A stretch of 64,000 nt of DNA, from contig CAJQTG010000019.1 of assembly GCA_905618925.1 (NCBI GenBank), positions 36,430 to 100,429 of the forward strand, written 5' to 3'. The first letter of the stretch is position 1; every line of letters begins with the position of its first letter. The DNA is from an uncultured Candidatus Thioglobus sp. (lineage in GTDB: Bacteria > Pseudomonadota > Gammaproteobacteria > PS1 > Pseudothioglobaceae). This document shows, piece by piece, positions 10,820 to 24,066 of this stretch. The position numbers were made by a program, and so were the translations under genes. Below the pieces are notes generated by a model that made no database searches, was not told where the DNA came from, and was given only the letters and a program-made list of their open reading frames with translations.

Positions 10820-11503
10820 ATGAATATAAAATTAAAATTAATAGTTGGCTTATCTGTTCTTCTTTTTTCCGTAAACATTTTTGCTGCTAGTAAGATTCAT
10901 TTAGATCATGCAAATACTGATATTTTTGACGAAGCTTCCTTACAAAGTGGCGCAAAACTTTTTATGAATTATTGCTCAGGTTGTCATGAGATAAGCTTGA
11001 TGCGTTACAATCGAATTGCTAAGGACCTAAACCTAACCGAAGAACATGTTGCTAAAAATCTAATGTTTGCTGGAAATAAAATAGGGGAATCCATTACTAC
11101 TGCTATGCCAGAAGGTGCTGCAGCTAAATGGTTTGGAGGCGTCCCACCAGACCTCTCTTTAGTTTCAAGATCAAAAGGAACTGACTGGATTTACACTTAC
11201 CTACGAAGCTTTTATGATGACGAGGAGAGAATTTTTGGAGTAAACAATAAAGTTCTGGTTAATGCCTCTATGCCAGATGTCTTGTGGTCATTAAGAGAAA
11301 GTCAGTCTGAAGCAGAGTTTGACCAGAGCGTTCTTGACATAACAAATTTCTTAGACTACGTTGGTGAACCAGCAAAGCTAATCCGCCTGAAATTAGGTAA
11401 ATGGGTACTGCTATTCCTTGGCATCCTATTTATTCTTACCTATATGCTTAAAAAAGAGTATTGGAAAGATGTTAAGTACGGCATATGGAGGCCGCGCGAC
11501 TAA
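10820..11503 (+). CDS. petC: Cytochrome c1
   Basis: Signal peptide, CSGCH, PPDLSL, C-terminal TM helix. Confidence 0.95.
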   Translation: MNIKLKLIVGLSVLLFSVNIFAASKIHLDHANTDIFDEASLQSGAKLFMNYCSGCHEISLMRYNRIAKDLNLTEEHVAKNLMFAGNKIGESITTAMPEGAAAKWFGGVPPDLSLVSRSKGTDWIYTYLRSFYDDEERIFGVNNKVLVNASMPDVLWSLRESQSEAEFDQSVLDITNFLDYVGEPAKLIRLKLGKWVLLFLGILFILTYMLKKEYWKDVKYGIWRPRD

Positions 11504-11579
11504 TATCTGATACAATCTTTATCTTTACATCCCTTGCCCTAACAGGCAAGGTTATTTTTTTTAATTTGGTGCAAAAACT

Positions 11580-12212
11580 ATGCTATCTAAACCTAATCCG
11601 TCTTCAACGACCCTCTATGCTGCTTCTGAAGAGCTTGAGTCACATGCAGTTCGATTTATTATGGCTCACAAGTTAATTGAGCGAGAAGTGATAGAGCTTA
11701 AGTTTGATGAGATGCCAGAAGAGGTTTTAGAGCTCAACCCCTGTGAAACTCTTCCAACACTATTTGACAGAGGAATGGTTCTATATGATCTCTCTGTAAT
11801 TATGGAATATCTAGATGAGAGGTTTCCCTTTCCTCCTCTTTTACCAGTCGACCCTATTGAGAAAGCTGAAAAACGACTTCTAATTTATCGTTTTACAAGA
11901 TCAGAAGGCTGTTGGTATGAGCTTGTCGAAAAAATTCTACATGGTGCCAAAAAAGAAAGTGAGGCTGCAAGAAAAACTTTGCATGGAAATCTTATTGAAT
12001 TATTACCTTTATTTTCTCATAAGCCTTATTTTAAAAGCGAAACAATGACTCTTGTTGATGTCTGTATCGCGCCTATTCTATGGCGTCTTGATCTTTTGGG
12101 CATATCTTTGGATGGTAGAAAAGCAAAACCAATTATGGAATATGCAAACAGACTTTTCGAAAAAGAAGGTTTTCATGAAAGCCTAACTTTTGCTGAAAAG
12201 GACTTTAATTAA
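11580..12212 (+). CDS. sspA: Stringent starvation protein A
   Basis: GST fold, MEYLDERFPFPPLLPVDP; follows petABC. Confidence 0.92.
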   Translation: MLSKPNPSSTTLYAASEELESHAVRFIMAHKLIEREVIELKFDEMPEEVLELNPCETLPTLFDRGMVLYDLSVIMEYLDERFPFPPLLPVDPIEKAEKRLLIYRFTRSEGCWYELVEKILHGAKKESEAARKTLHGNLIELLPLFSHKPYFKSETMTLVDVCIAPILWRLDLLGISLDGRKAKPIMEYANRLFEKEGFHESLTFAEKDFN

Positions 12213-12219
12213 AAAACTC

Positions 12220-12579
12220 ATGTCAAGTGTAGTCCCCTATTTAATCCGAGCATACTGTGATTGGATAGAGGACTCTAGTTTTACGCCTCATATACTAGTT
12301 AACTCTGAAAAAGCTGGTGTTTCGATTCCTGAAGGCTTTGCAAGTCAAGGTAAAATTGTTTTAAACATCGATTCCTCAGCAACAGAAGGCCGAGTAATAA
12401 CCAATGAGTCTATTAGCTTTAAGGCGAGGTTTAATGGAAGGTCTGAGAAAATCACTGTGCCATGCAGTGCGGTACTATCTATTTATGCTAAAGAAAATGG
12501 TGAAGGAATGTTTTTTGACAACAAAGCAGAACTTCTTGATCAAAAAAATCAGAAGCCGAACCTAACTATCTTAGATTAA
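12220..12579 (+). CDS. sspB: ClpXP adaptor SspB
   Basis: PYLIRAYCDWI, IVLNI, ARFNG, IYAKENGEGMFF; start moved to ATG at 12220. Confidence 0.92.
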   Translation: MSSVVPYLIRAYCDWIEDSSFTPHILVNSEKAGVSIPEGFASQGKIVLNIDSSATEGRVITNESISFKARFNGRSEKITVPCSAVLSIYAKENGEGMFFDNKAELLDQKNQKPNLTILD

Positions 12580-13212
12580 TCTTTCAATTTCAGAATAGAA
12601 AAACTCTAAATTACCTTTTGAAAATGGAAGTATTGGAACATCTGTATATCCAACTAGAGACTCTTTATTAGAAAGTGTGTTCGTATGAATTTCGTTTAAC
12701 ACAAGACACACAATTTTTAGATTATTTTTCTTTGCGGCCTCAATAGCCAGCAACCCTTGGCTAATAGCGCCTAGCTCGTCTCGAACAACAATGATAACTG
12801 GCAGCTGAAGAAAAACAGCAAGGTCAGAATTAAGGGATCTTTCTGCAATTGGGGAATAGATCCCGCCTGCACCCTCTACTAAGACGAAACTATCTCCCAC
12901 TTGTTTATTACAGGCTTGCACTAAGTCATCTAGACTAAGAGCCTTTCCAATGTTTGCACTAGCCTCTTCAGGGCTAGCTTCAAGAGTAAAACAATGAGGG
13001 CAAACTATATTTAAAGGCTCGTTTGAATTGCATGCCTCTTTAAGCGCAATGGCGTCTTTTGGGATATAGCTTCCGTCCACCAGATCGCAGTTTGTTTCAA
13101 CAGGCTTTCGAACCTTAACTAGTCTTATCTTATTAAGATGCTTAATAATTTCAATAGCAACAGTAGTTTTTCCAACCTCTGTATTACTGCCTGTTATAAA
13201 AACTCCATTCAT
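12571..13212 (-). CDS. bioD: Dethiobiotin synthetase
   Basis: FITGSNTEVGKT, KPVETN, VEGAGG. Confidence 0.93.
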   Translation of the reverse strand: MNGVFITGSNTEVGKTTVAIEIIKHLNKIRLVKVRKPVETNCDLVDGSYIPKDAIALKEACNSNEPLNIVCPHCFTLEASPEEASANIGKALSLDDLVQACNKQVGDSFVLVEGAGGIYSPIAERSLNSDLAVFLQLPVIIVVRDELGAISQGLLAIEAAKKNNLKIVCLVLNEIHTNTLSNKESLVGYTDVPILPFSKGNLEFFYSEIERLI

Positions 13213-13262
13213 AGCAACATTTTAGACGAAGTTATCAACCTCCAAGTCGCCATAAAAGTATA

Positions 13263-14201
13263 ATGGCGACAATGCAAAATAATCTTAAAACAAGTTTTTG
13301 TGGGATGTCATTAAACTCACCAATCATTTTGCTTTCGGGGTGTGTTGGGTTTGGTGAAGAGTACACTCGAATCAAGGGCTTCTCTAATTCTGATGTTGGT
13401 GCAGTTTGCTTAAAAGGAACTACTCTTGAGCCACGCCTTGGAAACAAACTGCATAGAATTGCTGAGACTCCTAATGGAATGCTCAATGCTATTGGTCTTC
13501 AAAACCCAGGAACTGATGCAGTCATAAATAACATCATGCCAGGCCTAGACAAAACAGAAACTAAATTCATTATTAATATTTCTGGCTCAACTGTTGAGGA
13601 ATACGGTGAAATTGCAAAGCATTTTGATGATTCTGATATTGACGCTATTGAAATCAACATCTCATGTCCAAATGTAAAGGAGGGTGGTGTTGCTTTTGGG
13701 AATGACCCCGAGATGTCTTTTAGAGTTGTTGAGATTTGCAGAAAAAATACTTCTAAACCAATTATTACAAAACTATCGCCGAATCAAACAGACATTGCAT
13801 CTAACGCCTTGAGGTGTATTGAGGCTGGAAGTGATGGGCTCGCGGTTATAAACACAGTCATGGGCATGGCAATTGACATTGAAAAGAAAAAGCCAGTAAT
13901 AGGAAATAATCAGGGAGGGCTGTCTGGCCCTGCTATAAAACCGATTGCACTTTTAAAGGTTCATCAGGTTTACCAGGTTAGTAAAAAATATAATATTCCT
14001 ATAATTGGACAAGGAGGAATTGTATCGGCTAAAGACGCGATTGAATTCATTATTGCTGGAGCAGACACGGTTGGCATTGGAACTGCGCTGTTTTATGACC
14101 CCTTTGTTTGCCAAGAAATAAATGAAGGAATTAGTAAATATCTAATAGAGCGCAACTTGAAAGACGTTCAGTCTTTAGTTGGCTCTCTTAATTTAAATTA
14201 A
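13263..14201 (+). CDS. pyrD: Dihydroorotate dehydrogenase, class 1 (1B-like) catalytic subunit
   Basis: MLNAIGLQNPG, EINISCPNV (Cys base), GGLSGPAIKPIAL; no N-terminal membrane anchor. Confidence 0.9.
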   Translation: MATMQNNLKTSFCGMSLNSPIILLSGCVGFGEEYTRIKGFSNSDVGAVCLKGTTLEPRLGNKLHRIAETPNGMLNAIGLQNPGTDAVINNIMPGLDKTETKFIINISGSTVEEYGEIAKHFDDSDIDAIEINISCPNVKEGGVAFGNDPEMSFRVVEICRKNTSKPIITKLSPNQTDIASNALRCIEAGSDGLAVINTVMGMAIDIEKKKPVIGNNQGGLSGPAIKPIALLKVHQVYQVSKKYNIPIIGQGGIVSAKDAIEFIIAGADTVGIGTALFYDPFVCQEINEGISKYLIERNLKDVQSLVGSLNLN

Positions 14202-14216
14202 AAACTTATAAAATTA

Positions 14217-16676
14217 ATGATGCAAAACGAATATAACGCTGCTGTAATTGAAAAAGAAGCGCAAGAATATTGGGATACTAATAACTCATTTGTTGTGGTT
14301 GAAGATACAAGCAAAGAAAAGTATTTCTGCCTCTCAATGCTGCCTTATCCTTCTGGAAGGCTTCATATGGGTCACGTTCGAAACTATAGTATTGGTGATG
14401 TAATTTCAAGATACCAAAAAATGCTTGGAAAGAATGTTATGCAGCCTATTGGTTGGGATGCGTTTGGACTTCCAGCTGAAAATGCTGCTATAAAAAACCA
14501 AGTTCCTCCTGCTGGATGGACTTATGAAAATATTAAGCACATGAAAGAACAACTTGTAGAGCTGGGCTTTGGTTATGACTGGTCAAGAGAGTTAGCAACT
14601 TGTCATCCAGAGTACTATCGCTGGGAGCAGTGGTTTTTTGTGAGACTATTTGAAAAAGGGCTTGTATATAAGAAAAAAGCAGTCGTAAACTGGGACCCTG
14701 TAGACCAGACAGTTTTGGCTAATGAGCAAGTGGTTGAGGGTTGTGGCTGGCGATCTGGCGCACCTGTTGAAAAGAAAGAGATTTCTCAGTGGTATATGAA
14801 AATAACTGATTACGCAGAAGAGCTTCTTGTAGACATACAAAAACTCGACGGCTGGCCAGATGCTGTAAAAATGATGCAAACAAACTGGATTGGTAAGTCT
14901 GTTGGACTTGACATTAAATTTAAGCTTAATGAGTCTGAAGCACTAACTGTATATACTACAAGGCCTGATACTTTGTTAGGCGTTACTTATCTTGCAATAG
15001 CTGCAGAACATCCTCTTGCTATTAAGGCTGGAAAGGGTAGTAGCGAAATTCAAGCGTTTCTTGAAGAGTGTAAAAAAATGGAAACGGCTGAAGCAGCTAT
15101 TGAAACAATGGAGAAAAAAGGCGTTGACTCTGGGCTCACTTGTATTCACCCAATAACTGGTGAATCTACTCCAATTTGGATAGCAAATTTTGTTCTTATG
15201 GGTTATGGAACCGGGGCAGTAATGAGTGTTCCAGCACATGACCAAAGAGACTATGAATTTGCAAAAAAATATAATATATCTATCGTTAATGTTATTTCCG
15301 ACCAGAATGGTAATGTAGATACCAGCAAAATAGCGTACGTTGAAAAAGGAATTCTTATAAACTCTGGCGAGTTCAACGGTTTAAACTTTGACCAGGCATT
15401 TACCGCAATTAGTGAAAAACTTTCAAACTTAAAAATGGGAGAACTAAAGACTAATTATCGTCTTAGAGATTGGGGCGTTTCAAGACAACGTTACTGGGGC
15501 TGCCCAATACCAATAATTAACTGCCCTTCTTGTGGGGATGTTGCTGAAAGCCTTGAAAACCTTCCTGTAAGACTTCCTGAAAATGTTGAGCTTGATGGCG
15601 TTGGCTCTCCATTAAAAAAGATGCCTGATTTTTATAGCGTATTGTGCCCTAAATGCGGCGCACAGGCGGAAAGGGAAACGGATACTTTTGATACTTTTTT
15701 TGAGTCCTCTTGGTACTTTGCAAGGTACACATGTGTCGATCAAAGCAATGCTATTTTGGATGAGCGTGCTAACTATTGGCTTCCTGTAGATCAATATATA
15801 GGTGGAATCGAACATGCGATCTTACACCTTTTATACTCACGTTTTTTCACAAAATTATTGCGTGACGAGGGAATAATTGAAGCGAATGAGCCTTTTACAA
15901 ACCTTATTACACAAGGAATGGTTTTGAAAGATGGCGCCAAAATGAGCAAATCAAAAGGGAATACAGTTGACCCTCAAGAAATGATTGCTAAGTATGGAGC
16001 TGATACAGCAAGGCTTTTTATACTGTTTGCCGCTCCCCCAACTCAAGATCTTGAGTGGTCAGACACTGGAATTGAGGGTGCCTATAGATTTATAAACAAA
16101 TTTTATCGTCTTGTTACTGGTTTTTTGGTTTCCAATAAAGACAATAAAGCCCTTAAGGTTAGTCTTGAAGATCTAACTGATGATCAAAAAGAAGTTAGGA
16201 AAAAAACACATTTAGCGCTCAAAAAAGTAGGTGATGATTTAGGCAGAAGACATTCATTCAATACCGCTATAGCAACCATGATGGAGCTTAATAATACCTT
16301 GTCTAAATTTATAGACACGTCTGAAAATGGCGTCGCTGTTAGGAAAGAATCGATTGAAATCATGGTAAAGTGCCTTAGCCCAGTAATTCCTCATCTATGC
16401 CATCACCTTTGGCTTTTACTAGGTGGAAAAGAGGCTGTGGTAGATGCTAATTGGCCAGTTGTTGACGAATCTGCGCTTATTCAAGACAATATACAAATCA
16501 TTGCCCAAGTTAATGGAAAATTAAGAGCAAAAATGATGATTCCATTAAACTCTGATAATCAAAAAGTTCAAGAGTTAGCTTTTGCTGATGAAGGTGTTAG
16601 CAAGCATATGGAAGGTAAAGAAATAATTAAAGTTATTGTTGTTCCAAACAAACTTATAAATGTAGTTGTTAGATAA
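14217..16676 (+). CDS. leuS: Leucyl-tRNA synthetase
   Basis: [26 protein letters not shown]. Confidence 0.98.
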   Translation: MMQNEYNAAVIEKEAQEYWDTNNSFVVVEDTSKEKYFCLSMLPYPSGRLHMGHVRNYSIGDVISRYQKMLGKNVMQPIGWDAFGLPAENAAIKNQVPPAGWTYENIKHMKEQLVELGFGYDWSRELATCHPEYYRWEQWFFVRLFEKGLVYKKKAVVNWDPVDQTVLANEQVVEGCGWRSGAPVEKKEISQWYMKITDYAEELLVDIQKLDGWPDAVKMMQTNWIGKSVGLDIKFKLNESEALTVYTTRPDTLLGVTYLAIAAEHPLAIKAGKGSSEIQAFLEECKKMETAEAAIETMEKKGVDSGLTCIHPITGESTPIWIANFVLMGYGTGAVMSVPAHDQRDYEFAKKYNISIVNVISDQNGNVDTSKIAYVEKGILINSGEFNGLNFDQAFTAISEKLSNLKMGELKTNYRLRDWGVSRQRYWGCPIPIINCPSCGDVAESLENLPVRLPENVELDGVGSPLKKMPDFYSVLCPKCGAQAERETDTFDTFFESSWYFARYTCVDQSNAILDERANYWLPVDQYIGGIEHAILHLLYSRFFTKLLRDEGIIEANEPFTNLITQGMVLKDGAKMSKSKGNTVDPQEMIAKYGADTARLFILFAAPPTQDLEWSDTGIEGAYRFINKFYRLVTGFLVSNKDNKALKVSLEDLTDDQKEVRKKTHLALKKVGDDLGRRHSFNTAIATMMELNNTLSKFIDTSENGVAVRKESIEIMVKCLSPVIPHLCHHLWLLLGGKEAVVDANWPVVDESALIQDNIQIIAQVNGKLRAKMMIPLNSDNQKVQELAFADEGVSKHMEGKEIIKVIVVPNKLINVVVR

Positions 16677-16699
16677 AATTATATTTATTGTGAGTGGAT

Positions 16700-17560
16700 T
16701 TAACGATTTAACATTTTTTCAATTTGCTCTCTTAATATGAGCTCCATTACAAATCCCATTTTACCTCCAGGAACAACCAAGGTGTTTGGTCGTGACATAA
16801 AAGAGCCTGCAACCATATCCTGTAAATAAACAAAATCACAGTATTTATGATCTTGGAACCTAACAACCACAAAGCTTTCGTCCTGGGTTGGTATGTCTCT
16901 GGCAATAAAAGGATTTGAAGTATCTACCGTTGGAACGCGCTGAAAATTAATATGCGTTCTTGAAAACTGGGGTGTGAGATAGTTAATGTAGTCCCACATT
17001 CTTCTGTGAATTGTATCTACTGTTGCCTCAGCTGAGTAGCCTCTTTGTTCCTTGTCTCTATGAATTTTTTGGATCCACTCTAAATTTACTACAGGCACAA
17101 CACCTATCAACAAATCAACAAATTTTGCGGTATCTATATTTCCATCTTTAACGCCGCCATGAAGGCCTTCATAGAAAAGCAAGTCACTATCCCTTCCTGC
17201 CTCCTCCCAATCAGTAAACTCTCCAGCTTTCTTTCCAAAAGGGATACCTTCTTCGTCAGAATGAATATAGTAGCGGCGCTTACAACGACCTTTTTCACCG
17301 TACTCTTTAAAGGTGTTTTCAATTAAATCAAAATGGTTTGCCTCTGGACCAAAATGACTAAAGTATTTGTTTCCTTTTTTGTCTTCAGCCTCCATGGCAT
17401 TTTTCATTTGCTTGCGATCAAATTTATGAAAGCTATCCCCTTCAATAATTACTGGCTTTGCGCCAACTCGGGAAAAAATATGATTAAATGCATTTTTGAC
17501 GGTCGATGTACCAGCACCAGACGACCCAGTTATGGCAATTACCGGATGTTTTTTTGACAT
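16700..17560 (-). CDS. prkB: Phosphoribulokinase (proteobacterial class)
   Basis: MSKKHPVIAITGSSGAGT, SHFGPEAN, FYEGLHG, QRVPTVDTSNPF. Confidence 0.95.
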   Translation of the reverse strand: MSKKHPVIAITGSSGAGTSTVKNAFNHIFSRVGAKPVIIEGDSFHKFDRKQMKNAMEAEDKKGNKYFSHFGPEANHFDLIENTFKEYGEKGRCKRRYYIHSDEEGIPFGKKAGEFTDWEEAGRDSDLLFYEGLHGGVKDGNIDTAKFVDLLIGVVPVVNLEWIQKIHRDKEQRGYSAEATVDTIHRRMWDYINYLTPQFSRTHINFQRVPTVDTSNPFIARDIPTQDESFVVVRFQDHKYCDFVYLQDMVAGSFMSRPNTLVVPGGKMGFVMELILREQIEKMLNR

Positions 17561-17608
17561 AACCCCACCGATTATAAGAAAACTATATTTATTATCTTAC
17601 AAACTAAG

Positions 17609-17643
17609 TCAGGCTGTTAATAAATAAATTCATAACAGCTTGA
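17609..17643. terminator. Inverted repeat between gyrB stop and prk start (terminator or regulator site)
   Basis: TCAGGCTGTTA-N13-TAACAGCTTGA, 10/11 paired. Confidence 0.4.
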
Positions 17644-17669
17644 ATTTAAATCACGGGGAATTTAATTAG

Positions 17670-20066
<2,397 letters not shown>

Positions 20067-20156
20067 TTAAAAAATGAATTTATTATACCACGGGTAGTAA
20101 CTTTATCGATAAATCATATAACATTTTTCACATTACTGTAATAGGAAAATTACAAC

Positions 20157-21242
20157 TTATACACTAATAATAATTCCATTTTTAATATGGTAAATGTTGG
20201 TTTTTTTTGGATCTAAAGGAAGCTCTTTATTCCCAATATCGGTTATAAATATTTGAATGTTTAAGTTTGTTAAAAAATCAAGTATTGAATTAATTTTTTT
20301 TTGGTCTAGCTCTGAAGAAATATCATCAATTAGAACGACTGGAGCGGAGTTTTCTTTGGCTAAAACAAGCACTTGAAGCATCCAAAAAACAATTGATAAT
20401 TTTTTTTGTTCACCTCTTGAGAGAAAGCCTTCGTTTTTTTCGTTTAAGTAGAAATCAACTGAAGCCCTGTGGGGGCCATATCCCAAATGTTTTGTTTTTA
20501 TAAAAGAGTTTTTGTTACTTTGGAGATACTGTTTAATTTCGTTTTGGTTAAGGCCATCAACATCTTTTGTCCACCCTGTTTGTAATTTAAATTCTAGGCT
20601 TTTCGTTGAGTCAACGAAACTTTCAAGTTTTTTTAAGGATCTCTCTTCAAGCATTTTTGTAAGTTTTTGTATATAGTTAATTCTAGCTTGTGATATTTCA
20701 ACAGATAATAAGGCAAATTGTGAAAACCACTCATCAAGATGGTTTTGATTGTTGCTTGTTAGGATTGCATTTATATTTTTTAAGCATTTGTTATAGGACT
20801 TATATGTTTTTAATATCTCTTTATTGTTGTGAAAAACACCCCAATCAAGATAAGATCTTTTTAGTTTTGGAGTTCCACCTACTATAAACCCCCTGTCAGG
20901 AGAAATAATTTGTGTTGGTAGGTGTTGGCTTAAAAGGCTATTACTTATAATCTTTTCATTGCCAATTACAATAGTGCTTTTACTTTTAGATTTATTTAAA
21001 GTTATCTTTTCACCGTCGATTATTGCATTTATTTGAACAAGATCTTCATCAAATGGGACAACATCTTTAATGTTTTTTGTTTTAAACGATCGATTGTGCC
21101 CCAAATAATATAAAGACTCAATAAGGTTAGTTTTTCCTTGACCATTAGATCCAAGAATTAGATTTATATTTTTGTTTGGCTCTAGATACTGATCGTTTAA
21201 ATTTCTAAATCTTGCGACATGTAGTTTCTCAATTATTGCCAT
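20157..21242 (-). CDS. recF: DNA replication/repair protein RecF
   Basis: FRNL, GSNGQGKTN, LSRGEQK, LIDDISSELD; between dnaN and gyrB. Confidence 0.95.
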   Translation of the reverse strand: MAIIEKLHVARFRNLNDQYLEPNKNINLILGSNGQGKTNLIESLYYLGHNRSFKTKNIKDVVPFDEDLVQINAIIDGEKITLNKSKSKSTIVIGNEKIISNSLLSQHLPTQIISPDRGFIVGGTPKLKRSYLDWGVFHNNKEILKTYKSYNKCLKNINAILTSNNQNHLDEWFSQFALLSVEISQARINYIQKLTKMLEERSLKKLESFVDSTKSLEFKLQTGWTKDVDGLNQNEIKQYLQSNKNSFIKTKHLGYGPHRASVDFYLNEKNEGFLSRGEQKKLSIVFWMLQVLVLAKENSAPVVLIDDISSELDQKKINSILDFLTNLNIQIFITDIGNKELPLDPKKTNIYHIKNGIIISV

Positions 21243-21253
21243 TTAGTAATTTT

Positions 21254-22357
21254 TTATATTCTCATTGGCATGATTATGTATTGATAACTTTCATCACCCA
21301 TCGCGCTTAGTAGACAAGATTTGTTTTCGCCACCAGGTATAACCATGTTCACTTCTTTAGAGGCGAGTTTTTCTAAGACAGAAATTAAATAGTGGATATT
21401 AAAAGCAATTTCAAGCTCCTTTTCTTGCCTCGTAACTTCTATTTGAGTTTCAGCTCTTCCTCTTTCTGAGTGTGAAAAAATACTAAGTTTGTCGTCTCTA
21501 AAAACTAGTTTTACACCCTTTGTTCTCTCGTCAACAAAAATGGATGCTTGTTGGAGGCTAGAGAGAAAATCTGCTCTATCTATAATAATTGTGTTACTAA
21601 AGTCGGTCGGCATTACTTGCTTATAATTTGGAAAGTTCCCATCAATTAAGCGACTGATAATTTTCGTATTTGTATCTACTAGTGAAAAATAGTTGTCTGA
21701 CAGGTGAATCTCCGCCATATCTTGAGCGCTTTTATTTAGAAGTTTAGTAAGTTCTAATACTGCTTTTCTAGGAAGAATTACTGTTTTTCTCTCTTCTAAA
21801 TTATTATTTTGTTTTACTTCACCAATTGATAGTCTATGTCCATCAGTTGCTACAACTGTTAGAGAGTCTTTGTTTAGTTCAAAAAACAATCCATTTAAAT
21901 AGGCTCTTATATCTTGATTTCCCATAGAAAAACCTGTGTTCTCTATTAGTTCTTTTAGCACCTCTTGCTTAATTTTTATTACGGTTGTGTTTTGTGTTTT
22001 GGGAAGTGCAGGGAAGTCTAAATGATTGAATGTATTTAACTCAAATGTATTTTTATTTGCATTTAGATAAACTTTATTTTCTTCAATTTTAATCTTAATC
22101 TTGGTTTTTTCTGGGAGTTTTCTTACGATATCTATTAGATCCTTTGCATAGATAGTGAATGTTACTTCTGTTTCACTTTTTATTTCATTAGAGGCGCTTA
22201 TCTCAAGCTCCATATCTGTTGTTGTTAGGGTTAATGTCCTATCTTTTAACTGAATTAATACATGTGAAAGTATTGGGAGAGTTTGTTTTTTTTCAACAAC
22301 TCCAATTACGGTTTGTAATGGTTCAATTAATTCTTCAACGCTTAATTCAGTGTTCAT
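21254..22357 (-). CDS. dnaN: DNA polymerase III beta clamp
   Basis: TLPILSHVL, VATDGHRL, LIDGNFPNY, IMPMRI. Confidence 0.98.
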   Translation of the reverse strand: MNTELSVEELIEPLQTVIGVVEKKQTLPILSHVLIQLKDRTLTLTTTDMELEISASNEIKSETEVTFTIYAKDLIDIVRKLPEKTKIKIKIEENKVYLNANKNTFELNTFNHLDFPALPKTQNTTVIKIKQEVLKELIENTGFSMGNQDIRAYLNGLFFELNKDSLTVVATDGHRLSIGEVKQNNNLEERKTVILPRKAVLELTKLLNKSAQDMAEIHLSDNYFSLVDTNTKIISRLIDGNFPNYKQVMPTDFSNTIIIDRADFLSSLQQASIFVDERTKGVKLVFRDDKLSIFSHSERGRAETQIEVTRQEKELEIAFNIHYLISVLEKLASKEVNMVIPGGENKSCLLSAMGDESYQYIIMPMRI

Positions 22358-22563
22358 AGGCTGTCTGTCTTTATAAATTAATTATTATTATTATTAGTGC
22401 GCTTACTTTCTGTTAATTTCTATTTTTTTCTTATTAAAATCAATAATATAAGTGGTGTATATCTTGTTGATATCTACAGTTTTATTTTTACACTATTGTT
22501 AGTTATTGTTCTAATTATAAGATGTTTTGATTCTTATCAACAACACAACTTATAATTTTTTGT
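22358..22563. other. Probable replication origin oriC
   Basis: Very AT-rich dnaA-dnaN spacer; DnaA-box-like TTATCAACA (22534-22542) and TGTTGATAT (22465-22473); GC patch GTGCGC followed by an (ATT)n trio-like tract at ~22377-22396. Confidence 0.65.
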
Positions 22564-23877
22564 TTATAAGTTAGTAATTTTAATTGTTATATTTTCAATA
22601 TCGTTTTTAATCTCTTCATTTGTGTTCATAAGTCCTTTTAGTTTTTCGCAGGAATACAAAACTGTAGAGTGGTCCCTATTTCCAAAATTTTGACCAATTT
22701 TTGCTAGTGACAAAGAGGTTAGTTCGTGACATAAGTAGATTGCCATTTGTCTGGCTTTGACTAAATGTTGTTTTCGCGAGTTTGAAATTAAATCAGAAAC
22801 TGTTATTCCATAATACTTACTAACTGTTTTTTGAACCTCGTTTACTTCAATAATAAGTTTTTTTGGTTTAATTAGATCACCTAGTGCGCCCTCTACAACA
22901 TCTTTGGTTATAAACGAATGGTCTATTTGAGAAAAGTCTACAAAAGCTTTTAGCTTCAGAAGCGCTCCTTCTAGGTCTCTAACATTTGAAACAACATGGC
23001 TTGCAATAAAAAGAGCAATATCTTCACTAAGATTTAGTGATATCTGAGGGTTTTGAGACTTTTTTAATAAGATAGCTGCCCTCATTTCTAGTTCTGGAGG
23101 CGAAAGTTGTAAATTTAAACCTTGTGAAAAACGAGTTTTAAGTCTATTTTCGAGATCTTTAATATTTTTAGGCGGCTGGTCACATGTAAAAATAATTTGT
23201 TTTTTTGTACTAAATAAGAAATTAAAAATATGAAAAAATTCTTCTTGTGACTTGTCTTTGCCAGCTATTAAGTGAATATCATCAACCAATAACAAATCAG
23301 CAGATTGATAAAAGAGCTTAACATTTTCTATTGTATTGTGCCTAAGGCTGGTTGTAATATTTCTTACAAAATCCATCAGTGGAACATAAATTATTTTTGT
23401 ATTTGGGTTTTTTTCTAGTGCCAGATGTCCTGCAGCTTGCATTAAGTGCGTTTTCCCAAGGCCAGATTCACCATAAATAATAAAAGGATTATATGGGGAG
23501 GCTCCAATCTTCTCTGCAATTTGTCTGCTTGCAAGAGCTGCAACTTGATTGGCACTCCCTAAAACCAAACTGTCAAAAGTATATTCTGGGAATAACGGAG
23601 TTGTATGATGTTTCGTTTGTCCGGCAATTTTTTTACTAGAATCAACCACCCCAAACCTAACTTTTAGTTTGCGATCAAACTCTGATACTGCAAGAATAAT
23701 TGCAGCCTCAAGATTTTTATGATTATTTATATACTTAAGAGCCGACGCGCTAGGCGCATAGAGATAAAGAGTCTCGTTTCTTTCAGCTGCCTTTAGAGGC
23801 TTAACCCATACACTGAACTCGCCTAATGGCAGTGTGTGTTTTAGCGATTCTAGGCACTGGACCCAAGTTTGAGACAT
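22564..23877 (-). CDS. dnaA: Chromosomal replication initiator DnaA
   Basis: YNPFIIYGESGLGKTHL, LLVDDI, SNVRDLEGAL, FGNRDHSTV. Confidence 0.99.
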   Translation of the reverse strand: MSQTWVQCLESLKHTLPLGEFSVWVKPLKAAERNETLYLYAPSASALKYINNHKNLEAAIILAVSEFDRKLKVRFGVVDSSKKIAGQTKHHTTPLFPEYTFDSLVLGSANQVAALASRQIAEKIGASPYNPFIIYGESGLGKTHLMQAAGHLALEKNPNTKIIYVPLMDFVRNITTSLRHNTIENVKLFYQSADLLLVDDIHLIAGKDKSQEEFFHIFNFLFSTKKQIIFTCDQPPKNIKDLENRLKTRFSQGLNLQLSPPELEMRAAILLKKSQNPQISLNLSEDIALFIASHVVSNVRDLEGALLKLKAFVDFSQIDHSFITKDVVEGALGDLIKPKKLIIEVNEVQKTVSKYYGITVSDLISNSRKQHLVKARQMAIYLCHELTSLSLAKIGQNFGNRDHSTVLYSCEKLKGLMNTNEEIKNDIENITIKITNL

Positions 23878-24066
23878 AAGAAAGAAGGTTAAAATAGGAA
23901 AACAATATACTAATGATACCTGTAATAAGCCTAAAGATGATCAAAGCCTTTGTTAGAGTAGGCTGATATTTAGGCCTGTAGATTTGTTGTTCTTTATTAA
24001 TTCCATATCTATATAATTTAGCTAATTAATCATAAAAAATATGACTTTTAAACTGGAAACTAATTA

